This document shows positions 50,709-64,000 of a stretch of DNA of 64,000 bases, piece by piece (the stretch's first letter is position 1; every line of letters begins with the position of its first letter). This DNA is from Rhina ancylostomus (taxonomy: Eukaryota): NCBI GenBank assembly GCA_030265395.1, contig JARFYF010000002.1:56663271-56727270 (forward strand), in the 5' to 3' direction. The position numbers were made by a program, and so were the translations under genes. The notes under the pieces are model-generated. The model did no database searches and was not told where the DNA came from. It saw only the letters and a list, made by a program, of their open reading frames with translations.

Positions 50709-52061
50709 TCAGTTAATATCTTGAGTTTCCAACAGTTTGATAGGTCAGGCTGAAAAGATTGGTGTACAGCTTCATTGTGGTTCAGGTTTACAATTTAAAA
50801 GTTGAAATCAAGCGGAAACATTTCAGCTGCTTCTTGCTATCAAAACAGAAATGTGATTCACTCTTATGCTGTTTGTAAAAGTGAAGAGTTGTCACGTTTC
50901 CATGTGTAACGTTGCACTGAAACTGGTTTTGCCAGTGTCACTGTGGATTCTCATTTGAGATGTTGCAAGTGCTTGCCGTTTTCAACATGAAACACAACAA
51001 GTATGCTATTTGCAGGTAGCTTGAAAAAGTCATAACTCAATGCAGTCAACAATCTTCCACCATAGGGGAGCATTGCCATGGCATGAATGGGTATTGCAAT
51101 GAACACGATGGGAGGATGATTCCAGGAGCTCAGAGGGACCTGGAGAGGCTGGTGAAGAACAGTACCTATGCCTGCTTTGTCTTCTCCTAGCTGAAGGAAA
51201 ATTAGATGAAGACTTGTTCATGGAGTTTGGCTGAGCTCCCAAATGCAATTGTGAGCAGCAAACTGTGAGATGAAGCAGACATCAGCAGCCTTGAACAATC
51301 CTGAGGCCGAGAAGCTGAGAATGACCTTAATGGTTCTGATTTTCATGGGCAGAGTTGGGAATGCAAACATAAGGTTGTATTTGATCTTACAGAAAGCCAC
51401 AGATCTCAGCAAGGACAAATAGTATGGTTTGAGTGTTTGACCCTGAACTAGTACAATTTCAGTTCTGTGAGTGAACAAGAATTGTTACTTTCAGGTATGT
51501 GAGATTGAAAATATCACTGCAGATGTATATTATGTGTTGGATTGCTGTATAGGTGAACTTTATGCTGGAAAAGTGCCCAGGAGAATGAAAATCCACCAAT
51601 AAATTGAGGGAACATATTCCCCGATAAGTGCTAAAATACCTAGAAAAGGTATTTTAGCACTTATGCACAAAACTTATCTACTTCAAATTACAGAGATTTT
51701 TTATTTAGAGTTTTTGTGTTGGATTTGCGTGAATGAATTTCTGGCCCATAAACTTTTAGTTCATGGGAAGGAAATCATTGAAAGTCTTAAATCATGAATT
51801 TGGTGGGGTTTTAAACTTCAAAGTCGGGCGGCCAAGAAGCCTGTCAGTTATGAGCCTTATCTTGGAATTCCTTTTGTACATTGTTAGAGTGGAAAATCCT
51901 CCTGCCTCAAGGAAGTGTAATTCATGCAGAAATTGTGGGTGTTGGCTTTCAAAGTTAGGGTCTTCAATGTCTGAAAACACTGGCCTGACAATCAGCGATT
52001 TTGGGAGCTTTTGTCCTGCTTTTAACCTCTTTTAATAAAAAAGGAGCAAGAGTTTGAGGTA

Positions 52062-52236
52062 AATGAAAAACACTATGACACTGGAGGAACTTAGCAGGCC
52101 AGGCNNNNNNNNNNGACCATGACCTGAAATGTTGACCATCTGCTTTTCTCCACGGATGCTGCCTGGTCTGCTGAGTTCTTCTTGCATCATCGTGTTTTTC
52201 ATCTAGATTCCAGCAACTGCAGTCCTTTATTTCTCT
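52062..52236. repeat. Penelope-derived hairpin element
   Basis: ggaggaacttagcaggccaggc versus gcctggtctgctgagttcttc; short N gap in the loop. Confidence 0.8.
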
Positions 52237-54134
52237 GGAGTTTGAGGTTAGGCAGCTGGTTGGGATGGACTCGTTTTCTTTCATGAGAAAAGTCCCCATT
52301 TTATTTCTTGAATGTCCCCACTTCTCCTTGAATTGGTAGCTGCTGTCATAATTTGTAGTCACTTTTACCAGATGCGTACCAAGCAATAGGATTGAAATGG
52401 GGGAGTATGGTTTCTGCTCTCGGGGTAGGTTACTAAAATTTTTCATTTAGGCATTGAGTAAATTCATACTATTGGAACACAGTACTCCTGTACTCTAGCT
52501 GTTATATTAAAGAGTCCAGCATCAATCTTCAGCACCAATAAAGTCAGGTTTTTTTTTTACTTTACTCTGCCTAATGTGCATTTTGAAAAATTTTCAGCAT
52601 ACTTGAGTGTCTTCATTCAAAAACGTGAATGATACTAAAGATTATGCATCATTATGTGTCCAGAAGAAAAGGTTGCACAGTAGAACAGTTTAGCCATGGA
52701 ACACCCAGTCTGGCAGGATGCTGTTTTGATTTCATTATCAGACTTGAAGAGCTTGTCTTTTATATGTATATTAGAGATTGAACACCTTTCAAATAACTGC
52801 TTTGGTCAAAATTCTTCAGTGGGTTCTACAACCACTATTGAATGTATTTTTTTGATTTTCTTTTAAAATGAACTCTCTCTGGGAGTCATTAGTATTATCC
52901 CTCACCTCCAACAGACTGTTTCAAGCATCCTCTCCAACCAGAACTGAGAACCACTGCCAGGAAGGCAGGTGCCAAATTGTGGACCTTCACCGTTAAGTGA
53001 ACCACCTCTGGCAGCACAACCAGCAGCTCACACCAAGTACTGAAGTGAAGCTTGGGAATCAATTCTGTCAATCCTTTTTGCCTTTTGTGGAGGCAATGTG
53101 AGTCTGCATCTGATGTAGGCATTGATGAATTTTCATCCCAAGTTTTCCTTTAGAATAAGTAAAAATTTTAAATGTATGTATTAGCTCTGTGTTTGAATGG
53201 TAAAGTTTTTTCACATATGGATTAAAACTGTCTGTCTGACACCTCAGGCTTTGATCAACTTCAGTTTCTATTTAAGATTCGTTAAGTCGTGTCTGTCACA
53301 GCTTCCGGTCCTCCCAAAATTCTCAATGACGATTTTAGTTTACTCAATGAGGGGACAAAACAGTTTGAATAAAAACATTTGCACTTCAGTCAAAGCCTGT
53401 AGCTTCTTTCCATCAAAAGGTGTGCAAAACAATATTCAGGGTTTTTCAGATTAAGAGAAATTTGCTCATAGACATTGAGAGCAAAGAGCATTGTAATTTG
53501 CTTGCAATTAAGTGCTGAGGATCAAAATTGATGAAAAAGTTTATTTGATGGAAAAGAAAGCACTCTTGGGACTTCAAGGGTAAATACTTTGCCACTAAAG
53601 TCAGAGGTAGTCTGCATTTCTTTAGCTTTATCTGTGAAAATAGTCAGCAAAGATATCCATTAACAAGGTGACTTATTTCTGCAGCATAATATATAGTTAA
53701 AAAGTTTTCATTTTTAAACTGTTGGGAACCTTTCTTTTGAAAATTGATAAAGCATCATCGCAAAAAATGAAGTTAAGAATATTTTTCTTTGAACTATTAT
53801 GTTACAATTATGAACCAAGGATTCAGTTGGCTGTAGTGCATCTGAGGTTGCTGTTCTAACAAGTGAGAATCAAGCACTACCCTTCCCAATGATCTGCCAC
53901 TCTTGACCTCATAGTATTTGCAAAGAGGTGGGGGAGGTGAGTGTGGTTTGGGGAGGTGTGTTCTATTCTGAGTGATTACAACACTTAAATTTTAATAGCT
54001 TCTCATGCTTCACACAGTGAAAACTCTGAGCAGCAGTAAAATTTGGAAAGGTCATTCAGTGTTTGGTCGTAGTTTCAAAGAGACCTTTCAAAGCTAGGAA
54101 AGAACCAACAAAGCCAGGACTTCTAAATAGATTA

Positions 54135-54272
54135 CATAAACAGAAAATGCAGGAAACACTCAGCTGGTCAGGCAGCATCTCTGCAAAGAGAAACACAGAT
54201 TGAAGACCTGCTGAACGTTACCAGTGTTTTCTGATTTTTGCATCAGATTTTCAGGATCTGCAGTTGTTTTAC
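54135..54272. repeat. Penelope-derived hairpin element, internally deleted
   Basis: acagaaaatgcaggaaacactcagctggtcaggcagcatct...gacctgctgaacgttaccagtgttttctg. Confidence 0.7.
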
Positions 54273-54525
54273 TGTTCGAAGTAAGTTTCAGGCAACCAGA
54301 AACCTTGGTTATCGTTTGAAAAATACTGGAATGCAGGGTATGTAAGATTTTACTTGAAGAATGTATGGCAGAATCTTGTTTTGGGAGGTGGTTGCAGAAC
54401 ACTTAAATTACTTCTTGCTCTCACTTTTGTCTAATATCCTGCTCGTTATGAAACACTAAATGCAGCATTGTAGGAAGTTGGCTTTGTGGACAGTTGTAGA
54501 AAAAAAAATTGAGAAATTTTAAATC

Positions 54526-54651
54526 AGCCAATACGAAATCAGAAATAATATGCTGTTGCTTTAAGAGAGTGACTTCCTGCAGCTTCCAGTTGGCTAAGTC
54601 TGAGTCACAGCTGTGGGTGACTCAAGATGGTTGTAACTGTTGAATGTGGTT
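54526..54651. promoter_or_regulatory. Candidate intronic enhancer or internal promoter
   Basis: CCAAT 54528, ETS ACTTCCTG 54572, AP-1 TGAGTCA 54601 and TGACTCA 54618, E-box CAGCTG 54608, RUNX TGTGGTT 54645; motif evidence only. Confidence 0.4.
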
Positions 54652-55362
54652 ACCGGGCACCAAAATGTCATCAGAAACAACATTAGTGTGGTTTAGAGCA
54701 TGTAGAGAGAAGTTGTTGAAGCTGTCCTACATTTTTCCATTTTATCAGTTTATGCTCGTGCATGACTGGTTCAAAATGCAGAGAAGCTGTCAGAAGAATC
54801 GTCATTACATCTGAAATTTTAAAAGCAAAAGGAAAAAACAACTTTGAAAGTTACAATATTTTATTGGCTAGGTTCAGTAATGCTGCTTAGGATATTGTTT
54901 GCCTTAGTAGGAATTAACTATTTAGAAGTACAATCTTAAGGGGGGTGGCCATAAATGAGAATGGGATACATAATTGCCCTGCAATCCCTGTCCTAACCCC
55001 TCACTCCACATTCCCATTCAGTACAGGCAGACCTGTTTCTAAAATCATTTAGCTCTGTTTACTCAGTATATCAGGCTAAGTTAGCCATTCATGCATGGTG
55101 TAGCATCATCAATGGAGTCATCAATATTAAGTGCCTTGATAATAATTCAAGGTCCCATGGTGTCATTTTTGCTTTAATATGCACCAATGGTATTTTACTG
55201 TGTGTCATAATTGCAAAAGTACCAGAGAGGCTTCTCACTTTTAATGTCTTCGTTTAGATGTTGAATTTAAATTCTAGTTTCATGTTGCAAAATTATGTTT
55301 TGTTCAAAAAAAGTTAGATATGTCAAGGTTTTACTGAAAACTATGGTCATCATTTATCGTGG

Positions 55363-55545
55363 ATAAGAACATAAGAAATAGGAAAAGGGGTCAGCTATAT
55401 ATGGCCCCTTGACCCTGCTCTGCCATTCATGACTGATGTGATCCTAGTCTCGGCCATGTTTTCCTACCAGTTTCCCTGAACCCTCGATTCCCCCAGAATC
55501 CAGGAGTTTGCTTACCTCAACCTTGAACATTATCAGTGACTCAGC
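55363..55545 (-). mobile_element. CR1 3' end
   Basis: taagaacataagaaatagga...ggccccttgaccctgctctgccattca. Confidence 0.7.
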
Positions 55546-57076
55546 AAGAATTCAGGAGCACCGCAGCTAATAGTTGGTCAAAGCAGTTCTCTTATTCACC
55601 AAAGCAGGGGCATCTGATCAGATGGGACTTAAGATAAGCATGAAGACTCCATGAAATGTTTTTTTTGTTGTAGTCCTGAATATTCCTGTTTTCCTGGTGG
55701 TACTTTGAAGAAATGTTTTTTTTTCTGCTGCTTCAGTTTTAAATCCTGTGGCTGGGTATGGCCTTGGGCCCGTAATGGATAGATAGATGAGTGATCAACT
55801 AAGTATATCAAGGGAAGGTGCAATACAGTTTGGAGAAACAGAAACTATTAAACAAAATCTTCAGTTTTACTTGGTAATTCAACCTCCAGGCAAACAAATT
55901 AAGTTAACTTAGTGGTGCATTGACACTGACATTTTCAGTATGATGAGAGGCAAATCTGTTTACATAAGCAAAACTAATTATAGCATGATGCACAAAAATG
56001 AAACGTCAGGAAATGAAGTTGTGCCAACAGAGAAAGATAGAGTTTTGAATAAACTCATGGCCTCGTCTCTGTATGTCCAGTTCCAAGTATTGTTTTGGAG
56101 TAGTGAGGTAGAGGATGAGGCATACTGTATGTGTGTGCAGGCATAATGCAGTCTCTATGTTGAAGTCATGTACTCTGCCCTTAATGTTTGTGCATATTGT
56201 AGGATTAACACCAGTGCTGATTAGTAAAAACAATATTTGGGAAACGTAANNNNNNNNNNNNNNNNNNNNNNNNNNNNNNNNNNNNNNNNNNNNNNNNNNN
56301 NNNNNNNNNNNNNNNNNNNNNNNNNNNNNNNNNNNNNNNNNNNNNNNNNNNNNNNNNNNNNNNNNNNNNNNNNNNNNNNNNNNNNNNNNNNNNNNNNNNN
56401 NNNNNNNNNNNNNNNNNNNNNNNNNNNNCTCTGCAGCTGGAACCTCATTTTATTTGTAAAAGGTTGATGAAAAGAACAAGCATAGGATGTTTTTGTCAGT
56501 GTTCCATGGTATATGGAACTCCAGAGTTGAGAACAATTGTCTAAGGTTGGGATGCTTGGCTCAGGGATGTATATTAAATCCTCAAAGTCTTGCATTCAGT
56601 TCTTCTCTTGCATTTTCATCATCACCGTCGATGTATTGTCACTGCAGTAATTGAACTTGCCTTTCGTACTTTGAAGCACAAAGTGCAAAAAAGCACAACA
56701 GGCTTTTCATTTTTCTAAGCAATTTGCTTAAGGTATCTCACCAGCAAATAAGGGCATGTGGGATTCAATAGTGATCAGGGCTAACAACTCTTTCTCTTTA
56801 ACCAATAGATTGATAGATTATAAAAAAAATGTGAATTGGAATGGGTGAATAAAATGGCAAATAGCAAAATAGGTGCACAGAGATATTGAAGAAAGAGACA
56901 AAAGGGGGGAGAAAAGATACTTAATTTGAAAGAATCTCCAACTGTCCCTTAGACTTTGGGGAGTACAACTACTCATGATTTTGGTAGGTGATTTGGATAA
57001 AATTTTAAATTTTAGTAATTTGACTCAACCACACAAATGCAACATCATCAAAGCATTTCAATAGTGATAAGCACTG

Positions 57077-57245
57077 TAAACACGAGACTGCAGATGCTGC
57101 AATCTGGAGCAAAACATGAGCTGCTGGAGGAATTTAACAGGTGAGGCAGCATCTGTGTAGGAGTATTCAACATTAGATACTTCTGGTCAAGGCCCTGCAT
57201 CTAGAGTCCAGATTAAGTTCTTAACCCGAAACATCATGATATCCA
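57077..57245. repeat. Penelope-derived arm plus decayed hammerhead loop
   Basis: gactgcagatgctgcaatctggagcaaaacatgagctgctggaggaatttaacaggtgaggcagcatctg...acccgaaacatc. Confidence 0.75.
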
Positions 57246-59862
57246 CTGTATTATTATGACAAAAAATAATGAGCTTTTTATTTCCTATGTCAAACTACAA
57301 TGGCACCCTCCCACCAGTGGAGTCACTCAAGTGCCGTAGCTGCCCGGAGTACATAACTGGAGTTGAGAAGTTGCTGTCAAAAATGTGAAGACAATATTTT
57401 AATNNNNGTGAAACTAATGCAAATGTGATTTTTAAAAAAACATGTAAGCAGCGAGGTTTTGATCATAAATCTACAAAGATTTAAGAGTATGCCAGTTGCT
57501 GTTGACAGTATCATGGATATATTTCCTTGGTGACTGCATGGCACGTACTTGCTAGAAATTGAGACCTGTGCGTACACGTTGCAGTATCCTGGAATTGAGT
57601 GCTTCACCATGAATATACTTCCTCATTCAGTGCTGTGCTCTGCTTCAATTATCTGGTTAAGGATTGTTTGTCACGACTTGTATAGCAAGTACTGCAGAGC
57701 ACAAATTCACATTGTTAGCAAAGTAAATTGTGATGCATACTTTTCATTTGTGCTTGCAGATTATTAAATTTGAGAACAAGTACCTTGGTTGTTCTGACAG
57801 CTCAGTGATTTAATAATTTGCAGACATGATTATGAATAATTGCTAAATTGCAAGTTGTTAATCTCATGGTGAGGCTGGATCAGAAGGAAGCAAAAGCTGA
57901 GAGGAGGCCAGCTGTTTGCATCAGCCTAGATTTGTATGCAGGAGTACAAGCATTGACTCTGAAGATGACCATGGAGATAGGCCAAATCATCAAAGCTTAA
58001 TCCAATCAGACGTGATAATCTAAATTCATACAACCAAAATTTCAAATCATGGTGTTTAAAAAGGAGAGAAACGAAGATGAAGGTGGAAGTTACTTGTAAG
58101 CACAAAGAAAATAAAATCGCTGTTCACTGCTAAAACACAAAACGGCTTTGCAAGTTAAAGCCCTTCACAAAGTGTCAAAATAATGATTTTATTCTACCCT
58201 GTGGACTCTGTAATGTGACATCATTTGTTTCATATACTTGGTACAGGAAGCTTGCTGATAAAAATCAACAACCACTTCCTTATAAGTACTGAAATAAAGT
58301 CGCAGAAAGCGGAAATGTCGCTTTTTTTTCAAAGAAACACTTTATTTCGCTGACATAAACTATATTACCATGTTAATCGACCAATGAACTGAGGTGTTGA
58401 AAACGGCAAAATTAAGTAGTACAGCAGCTTCAACTGTTTGAGGTGAAGTCAGAAAAAAATGTTGAATAAAAACTTTTATGCCGATCAGTACAAAGGTAAG
58501 GAGCGCTGACATTTTGTTGGAACCTTGTGCATGTTGGAAACTCTGTCTGTTAAGTTGACTAATGTTTGTAAGGAGGCAGAATCTCATTTGCATTGGCTGA
58601 TATTGTGGGTGGAACATCAACTCAAATTTCATTTGGACATTGTAACTGAAGAGTTTTTGCAGAAATACAAGTACATCCAGCAGCAGGTCTTTGTTCGTGT
58701 CAAGCTCTCTCCTTTCTTCATCAAAGCTGAGTATTAACCACGTGATGACTTCTTTCATCTTTGGCACTTGCTTTAAAAATGTAATGTTGATAGGATGCAG
58801 TTCTGTCCCTGATCCGAATTGATGACAGACCTGAAATTGACCAGATCGTTAAAGAAATAATATTGGAGCTTTAAACCTTCTTAAATTATCAGCTTTGGAA
58901 CACAGAACTTTTTGTTAAGATCTTTTTTCATTATTTGACTAAAATAAATAAGAATAACGTTCTGCCAATTTTGACCGTAATATGGCCAGTATCATAATAC
59001 ATACTGTTCTGTTGACAGACTTGGTTAAAACTAAAGCTTGTAGAATTTTTTGCTTCACCACAAGGCTGCATACACAGTTCATGCATTTTATAATCCACAA
59101 GGATATCATTCAGATACTTTGTAGCACTTATCCAATAAAAGGAATTGACACCTCCAATATTACACTTCCTGTTCATTGACCTAAAATGAGAAGTTTAACT
59201 GTATGAACATTTGCAAATCTTTGTCTGAAATCATTAAAAAGGAGCAACATTTTTATTGCTTTCCTGTTTGCTCAATATTGTCACAGTTGCTCCAGTATCA
59301 AATTTCCCAAAGTATGATGGCAGTCTTGAAATTTAGAACAGAATAAACCTGTGATTTAATACACTTTGCCTGACTGTTTCAGCTTAATCAACACTTGATA
59401 TATCCCATCTGCAACAAGCAGTCAGTCAACTGAGAGAACATGGGTGCATCCTGTCCTGCAGTACCTGACCACATTTAAAATAAATTTAAATTAATTGGAG
59501 CAGCAGGAGTAGCCCAATGAGATGAAGGTTCAATTGATGATCAGAAAAATAAAGGTATTAAATTGGCTGATACGCAGTGGAATAACAGACGACGATGTTG
59601 CATTTGAGGTTTCATTTTTGTGTGTGTATCTCTGGTTTTCAGAGCATAATGAAATGAACTCCCTGACTATGGGGAATCAGTGGAAATTTGCTGTGCTGAC
59701 CTGCTGTTGTGACCAGTTTGGCAATGATTCATTGCGTGCGGATTTTTGAACCAGCATGACAGTGGAGGACACTCGAAGGTGATTGCGGGTGCGGCTAGCC
59801 TCCTATTTAGAGTTCTGAATCTCTGGTCCTCTTGTATTTCATTTTGTCCAAAATATGCCAAT

Positions 59863-59965
59863 ACATGAACATAGAACAGTATAGCACAGGAACAGCCCCT
59901 TTGGCCCATGATGTCTGTGTTGACCATGATTACAATTTAAACTAATCCCATCTGCCTGCATATGA
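59863..59965 (-). mobile_element. CR1 3' end
   Basis: catagaacagtatagcacaggaacagcccctttggcccatgatgtctgtg. Confidence 0.75.
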
Positions 59966-61067
59966 GCAGAAACTTTGCAGAGTCCTACAACACCTTAACT
60001 GTACTCCCAGCTTCCAGGAGTCAGTTTTCTGTTAATTTCCAAGAGATTGGCATTCAAAACATTTCTGGTTTGATTTCTAGATCATGTTGAACCAAATAAA
60101 CCTAGCTAGTAAAGCATTTGGGGCAGTGTTATTGATCTTCACAGATCAAACATGAGTGCTTTTTAAAACAAAATAGCTTCTGGTTGGTACCCAGTGACTT
60201 CTGAGGGGGAATTCGCATACATGATTCTCAGTTGTGATGAGATAGGCTTCCATCTACCCTGCTATCTTCCATGATTAAATAGCCTATCAATACCCAAAGA
60301 CCACACTCTGGGGAGGGGCTGGGGGGGAAATGGGTGAGGCATTGTAAGTGCCCAGATCATTGCTCTGTTGGTAAAAAGAATTAATGAATTTCGAGAACCA
60401 GGTTGGATCAGAAAACATGTTTATATATTTTACTACCATTACTCCAGGTGCTGATGTCACAATGTATTGTACAGCTTAAATGGCTTCTGTTGCATCTAAA
60501 ATCCTGTGACATAAATTTAGAAAATAATTTGCTTTGTTGTATGATTTGAAGGTATGGTCCCTTAAATGCAATTCTGCCCCACACTGCTACATGAATTTCT
60601 AATCCTTTATAAAGTCAGCAATTTTTGACTTTACAACGATGCTACAGTTTGTACTGAACCAGCTACAGGTTCTTCTTTGTCCTGCTGGTGATGAGAATCC
60701 TTCCATTAGACTCTGTCAGAAGTCTTGCCCCTGATCTCTGTGTAATAGATCCTGATTCTCGAGAATCTGTGTGGTTACATTTACATGTGTCTCATGGTTA
60801 AAGAAGTTGAGGATGGTAATATGTTTGTCCAGTCACAAGATGATAGGTAACTAAGCTGAGGAGCTCTTCGCTTGCAGTATTAATGATGTGTGGAAAGTTG
60901 CCTGGAGGAGAGTAGGGATAAAGGAAGAAAAGTGGAGCTCAAGTTGAAAAACGATATAAATATTTTGTAAAATTTTATTAGTTGCATTGATTCATTTTTA
61001 TTACAAAGCCAAAACTGTATATTAGTGGTTTTATGTTCCCATGAAAAAGAAACCCTTGGACTGAACT

Positions 61068-61335
61068 GAAGACGCAAGAGACTGCAGATGCTGGAATCCG
61101 GAGCAACAAACAATTTGCTGTTGGAACTCAGAGGATTGAACAGCATCTGTCAGGGTGGGGAGCGAGGGAACTGTTGATGTTTCAGATCAAAATCCCTCAC
61201 CAGGACTGACCTGAAACATTGTCGATGTCTCGGTTGAAAGGAATTGTCAATTTCTGTCCCTCCACCCCCCCACCCTCCCACCTACAGATGCTGCTCGATC
61301 TGCGGAGATCCTCCAGCAGTTTGTGTGTTTGCACT
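61068..61335. repeat. Penelope-derived hairpin element
   Basis: gctgttggaactcagaggattgaacagcatctgt versus acagatgctgctcgatctgcggagatcctccagc. Confidence 0.75.
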
Positions 61336-62179
61336 TTAAAGTTAAATGCTGAGCAGTGCCTAACTTAAAATGTTTTAATCTTAACCATGTCAGGTTGCAC
61401 AAATTTGCCTGTGATGAAAGTTAATGACCAGGATAATTGAAGATCCATCTGAAAAAGCATACTAATCTTACAGTAAACATAGCAAGGGTGCGAGGTCACC
61501 AAGGTAGGGGGGTGATGCAGATTTGAGGTTACAAGCAGATAGGCCGTGATCTAATTGAATGGGAGGTTCAAGGGGCCTCGTGACCCACTCCTGCTCCTAG
61601 ATTGTACATTAATGCATTTCTTTTCTAAAGTATTGTGCCTGAAGAACACAAAATTACCTTGTGTATTAAGTAATTAGAGTTTCTGCATTTGCTACTGCAC
61701 ACTGACTAAAGGTTCCATTTTCACCTGTGGTTTTTGTTATGTGTTGTGTGCTTTGGCCCAATGTTTTTATCCAAACCACAATGGAAACCTTGTTCTGGTA
61801 TAGCTGAACGCTCTTAAAAGATGTGTTAATATTTGATGATTTGCCTTCTATTGTGTTGAAGTAAGTTAAGTCATGTTTCCTCTGCTTAAAGTCTGGAGAC
61901 TAAGTAGTTGGAAGGGGTTAAGAAGATGAAGCACCAGGCCATAATGCCCTATGATTCACAGCAATATCCTGCCATGACTTTAGTGGGAGACTGGCAGACC
62001 GTCTGGGTATCTGGCAGAAAACTTGCAGGCTCCTGCTAATCACCTACATTAATTACAGCTCATGATGGGAAGCGACCCCATGCAGTTTCAAAGCCTTTTC
62101 TTGCCACACAGGATCAAAGTCTCCAATGTCCTTTCTGGTAGCTCTTGTTCTCTGGTTGAAAACTTAACCCCATTCTGTT

Positions 62180-62392
62180 TGCAGCAACTAACAGTAAGCT
62201 GGAGTAACTCAGCGGGTCAGACAGCATCTGTGGAGGGAAATGGACAGTCGACATTTATCTGTCCAGATGAAGGGCCTCAACCTGAAACGTGAACTATCCA
62301 TTTCCCTCCATGATGCTGCTCAACCCACGGAGTTCCTCCCAGCTTTTTGTTTGTTGCTCCAGATTCCAGCCTCTCCAGTCTCTTGTGTCTCC
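62180..62392. repeat. Penelope-derived hairpin element with near-intact hammerhead motif
   Basis: Arms of about 60 nt (cagcatctgtggagggaaatggacag / ctatccatttccctccatgatgctg) around gtc-CAGATGA-agggcctcaacct-GAAACGTG. Confidence 0.8.
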
Positions 62393-63764
62393 AGCAGCAT
62401 CTATTCTTGTAACCAGAGAATTTACTACTGTGTAACATCTAATATTTCAACGGATGGGTGTCAGTTTTGGTCACTGTACAAATGTATTTATTTAAATTTC
62501 TTGCTCCTTTTTCCTCCAGTGGCCATTGCATGCTTTGTCTTGTAATGCTGTCATTTAATGCAGGTGATCAGCAGTGATTGGCTATCAGCGCCTTCATAGG
62601 AATCCACCTAGGGTTTGAAAGTCAGTTCTTTCAACTTGGATTGTCCTGTCCCAGCCAAGCCAAAATCAAGCATGTGGTGCCTGAGTCATGAAGTATTTGA
62701 ACTTCTGTTGTTTGCAAACTTTTTTTTGCTAATGTGGGGTAAAAACATGAAGAACTGGAAGAAATGGAACACTCATGACCTTTCATTTTAGTTTAGCACC
62801 TGACATTCCGAAAGACTGACCTACTTTTCTCATCATATTAGGGTTTTGTGCAGCTAAAGGACAACTCGTAAAACATGATAGATTTATAGCCAGTCCTATC
62901 AATGCTATCTTCTTGGCAACACTTTTTGTATTTTTGGGTGATAATAATGTACTATTTAATGCAAGCTAAGAACAGATTTATAGAAGTGATTTGGTTATGG
63001 CTTCTTGCTCAAAGTTTATGAGGCATTATGCAACTGTGCAGCTGAATGGGTAACAACAAGTCTTATTATTTCCTTTTTGTATATTATTCCCTGCCTTTGT
63101 GGTGTGAAAGGAAAATGTACTCAGTGTGATGTAGAACTGGCTACAGTGGAGAGAACTAACATGAAAAACAATGGCATATGGCATCATATGGAATGATGTA
63201 AGAGAACAGGCAGACTAGAAGATCAAAGTTCTGAAACCTGTGTAATGATAAGCATCTTGTACGCATTAAAAAGAGTATAATTAATACCAAGTGTAATTTG
63301 AAAGTATCCATCTAATTTTAGTATTTAAGAACGTTAACTCACAGATCAGATCAAATCACTTCAGTATCATTTTTTAACAAAAGTTTGGAAGGAAACCTTT
63401 TGATTTAGCTCCAGCTGTTTTACAGCTATCTTCCTTGAGGTCAATTGTCAGAATGGCAGTGTTTTTTTGTAGTGAAGAATTGGGCTAGAGAATGTCAACC
63501 ATATACTGGGGAGAGATTTTTTTGTGTGGATCCTCATTACTTTGCTGATTGTTATGTCACGCTGGCTTTCAGTGCACATGCTGATCATTTACATGCTGAA
63601 TAGTTTAAAAACTGCAATGTGATTATTCCACAACAATTGCATTTATTATTGGAAAATGACACTACCCAGTACCTCGGGGTATTGACAGGTGGAAAATCTG
63701 ACAATTGTCTATTAACATTACGTATTTTATTCACTGTATTAATTTTTTAATTTCTTTTTCCAAG

Positions 63765-63883
63765 TCTCATCCAGGTTATCACCTCAACCAGCCTCACCTC
63801 AGTCAAGCTGTCCCTCGCCCTCCATCACACAGAATAAGGTTATGTCTCCATCCCAGAAGCACAGCAAGAAGGCTCTCAAACAG
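63765..63883 (+). CDS. ASXL2: ASXL2 exon 6, 119 nt, phase 1/0
   Basis: tttctttttccaag|TC TCA...AAA CAG|gttagc; (V)[39 protein letters not shown] aligns with human [34 protein letters not shown]. Confidence 0.95.
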
Positions 63884-64000
63884 GTTAGCCTCTTACCCAT
63901 TCCAAACTGAATCCAGTGTCTTTTTAGTAGTCTTATAAATATCCCAGACTTGGGGCCAACAGTTGATTTGTTATTAACTTAAGCTGAACAAATGAACCAA

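Noticed and set aside
51185-51250. Start of ORF 51030-51248 (HLGAQPNSMNKSSSNF) as a new protein
   Set aside because: Resembles the C-terminal motif of the Penelope GIY-YIG domain, so it is most likely a TE scrap.
58360-58767. 135-aa minus-strand ORF with protein-like composition
   Set aside because: No recognisable homology or splice and expression cues; the length is within chance expectation.
60689-60767. C/D-box-like pattern plus the 14-bp palindrome GATTCTCGAGAATC
   Set aside because: The putative guide only partly matches 18S rRNA, there is no terminal stem, and one 14-bp palindrome is plausible by chance in 64 kb.

Overview
Eukaryotic, AT-rich, gapped draft-assembly window. The repeat content (V/HE1-type SINEs, CR1, RTE, Rex1, Penelope-derived hairpins) points to a cartilaginous fish, probably a ray; this is an inference. 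The window lies inside the 5' half of ASXL2 (+ strand). Readable coding exons: exon 2 (17396-17478), the 3-nt exon 3 position (29533-29535), exon 4 (44054-44162), exon 5 (46910-47039) and exon 6 (63765-63883), covering most of the HARE-HTH domain and the Ser-rich linker. Exon 1 and exons 7+ are outside the window. The rest is intron filled with decayed transposons. The most interesting signals concern ASXL2 RNA processing: (1) the AAG microexon has no acceptor tract of its own and looks like the 3' tip of a longer, stop-containing, frameshifting exon; (2) exon 5 probably uses a GC donor; (3) several unannotated cassette or poison exon candidates; (4) exons 2-4 would back-splice into a stop-free circle; (5) about 15 Penelope-derived hairpin elements or arms, several with hammerhead-ribozyme remnants. 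No prokaryotic-type system, CRISPR array, rRNA or tRNA gene was seen. Homologies are by eye and from memory; no searches were run, and repeat boundaries are approximate.
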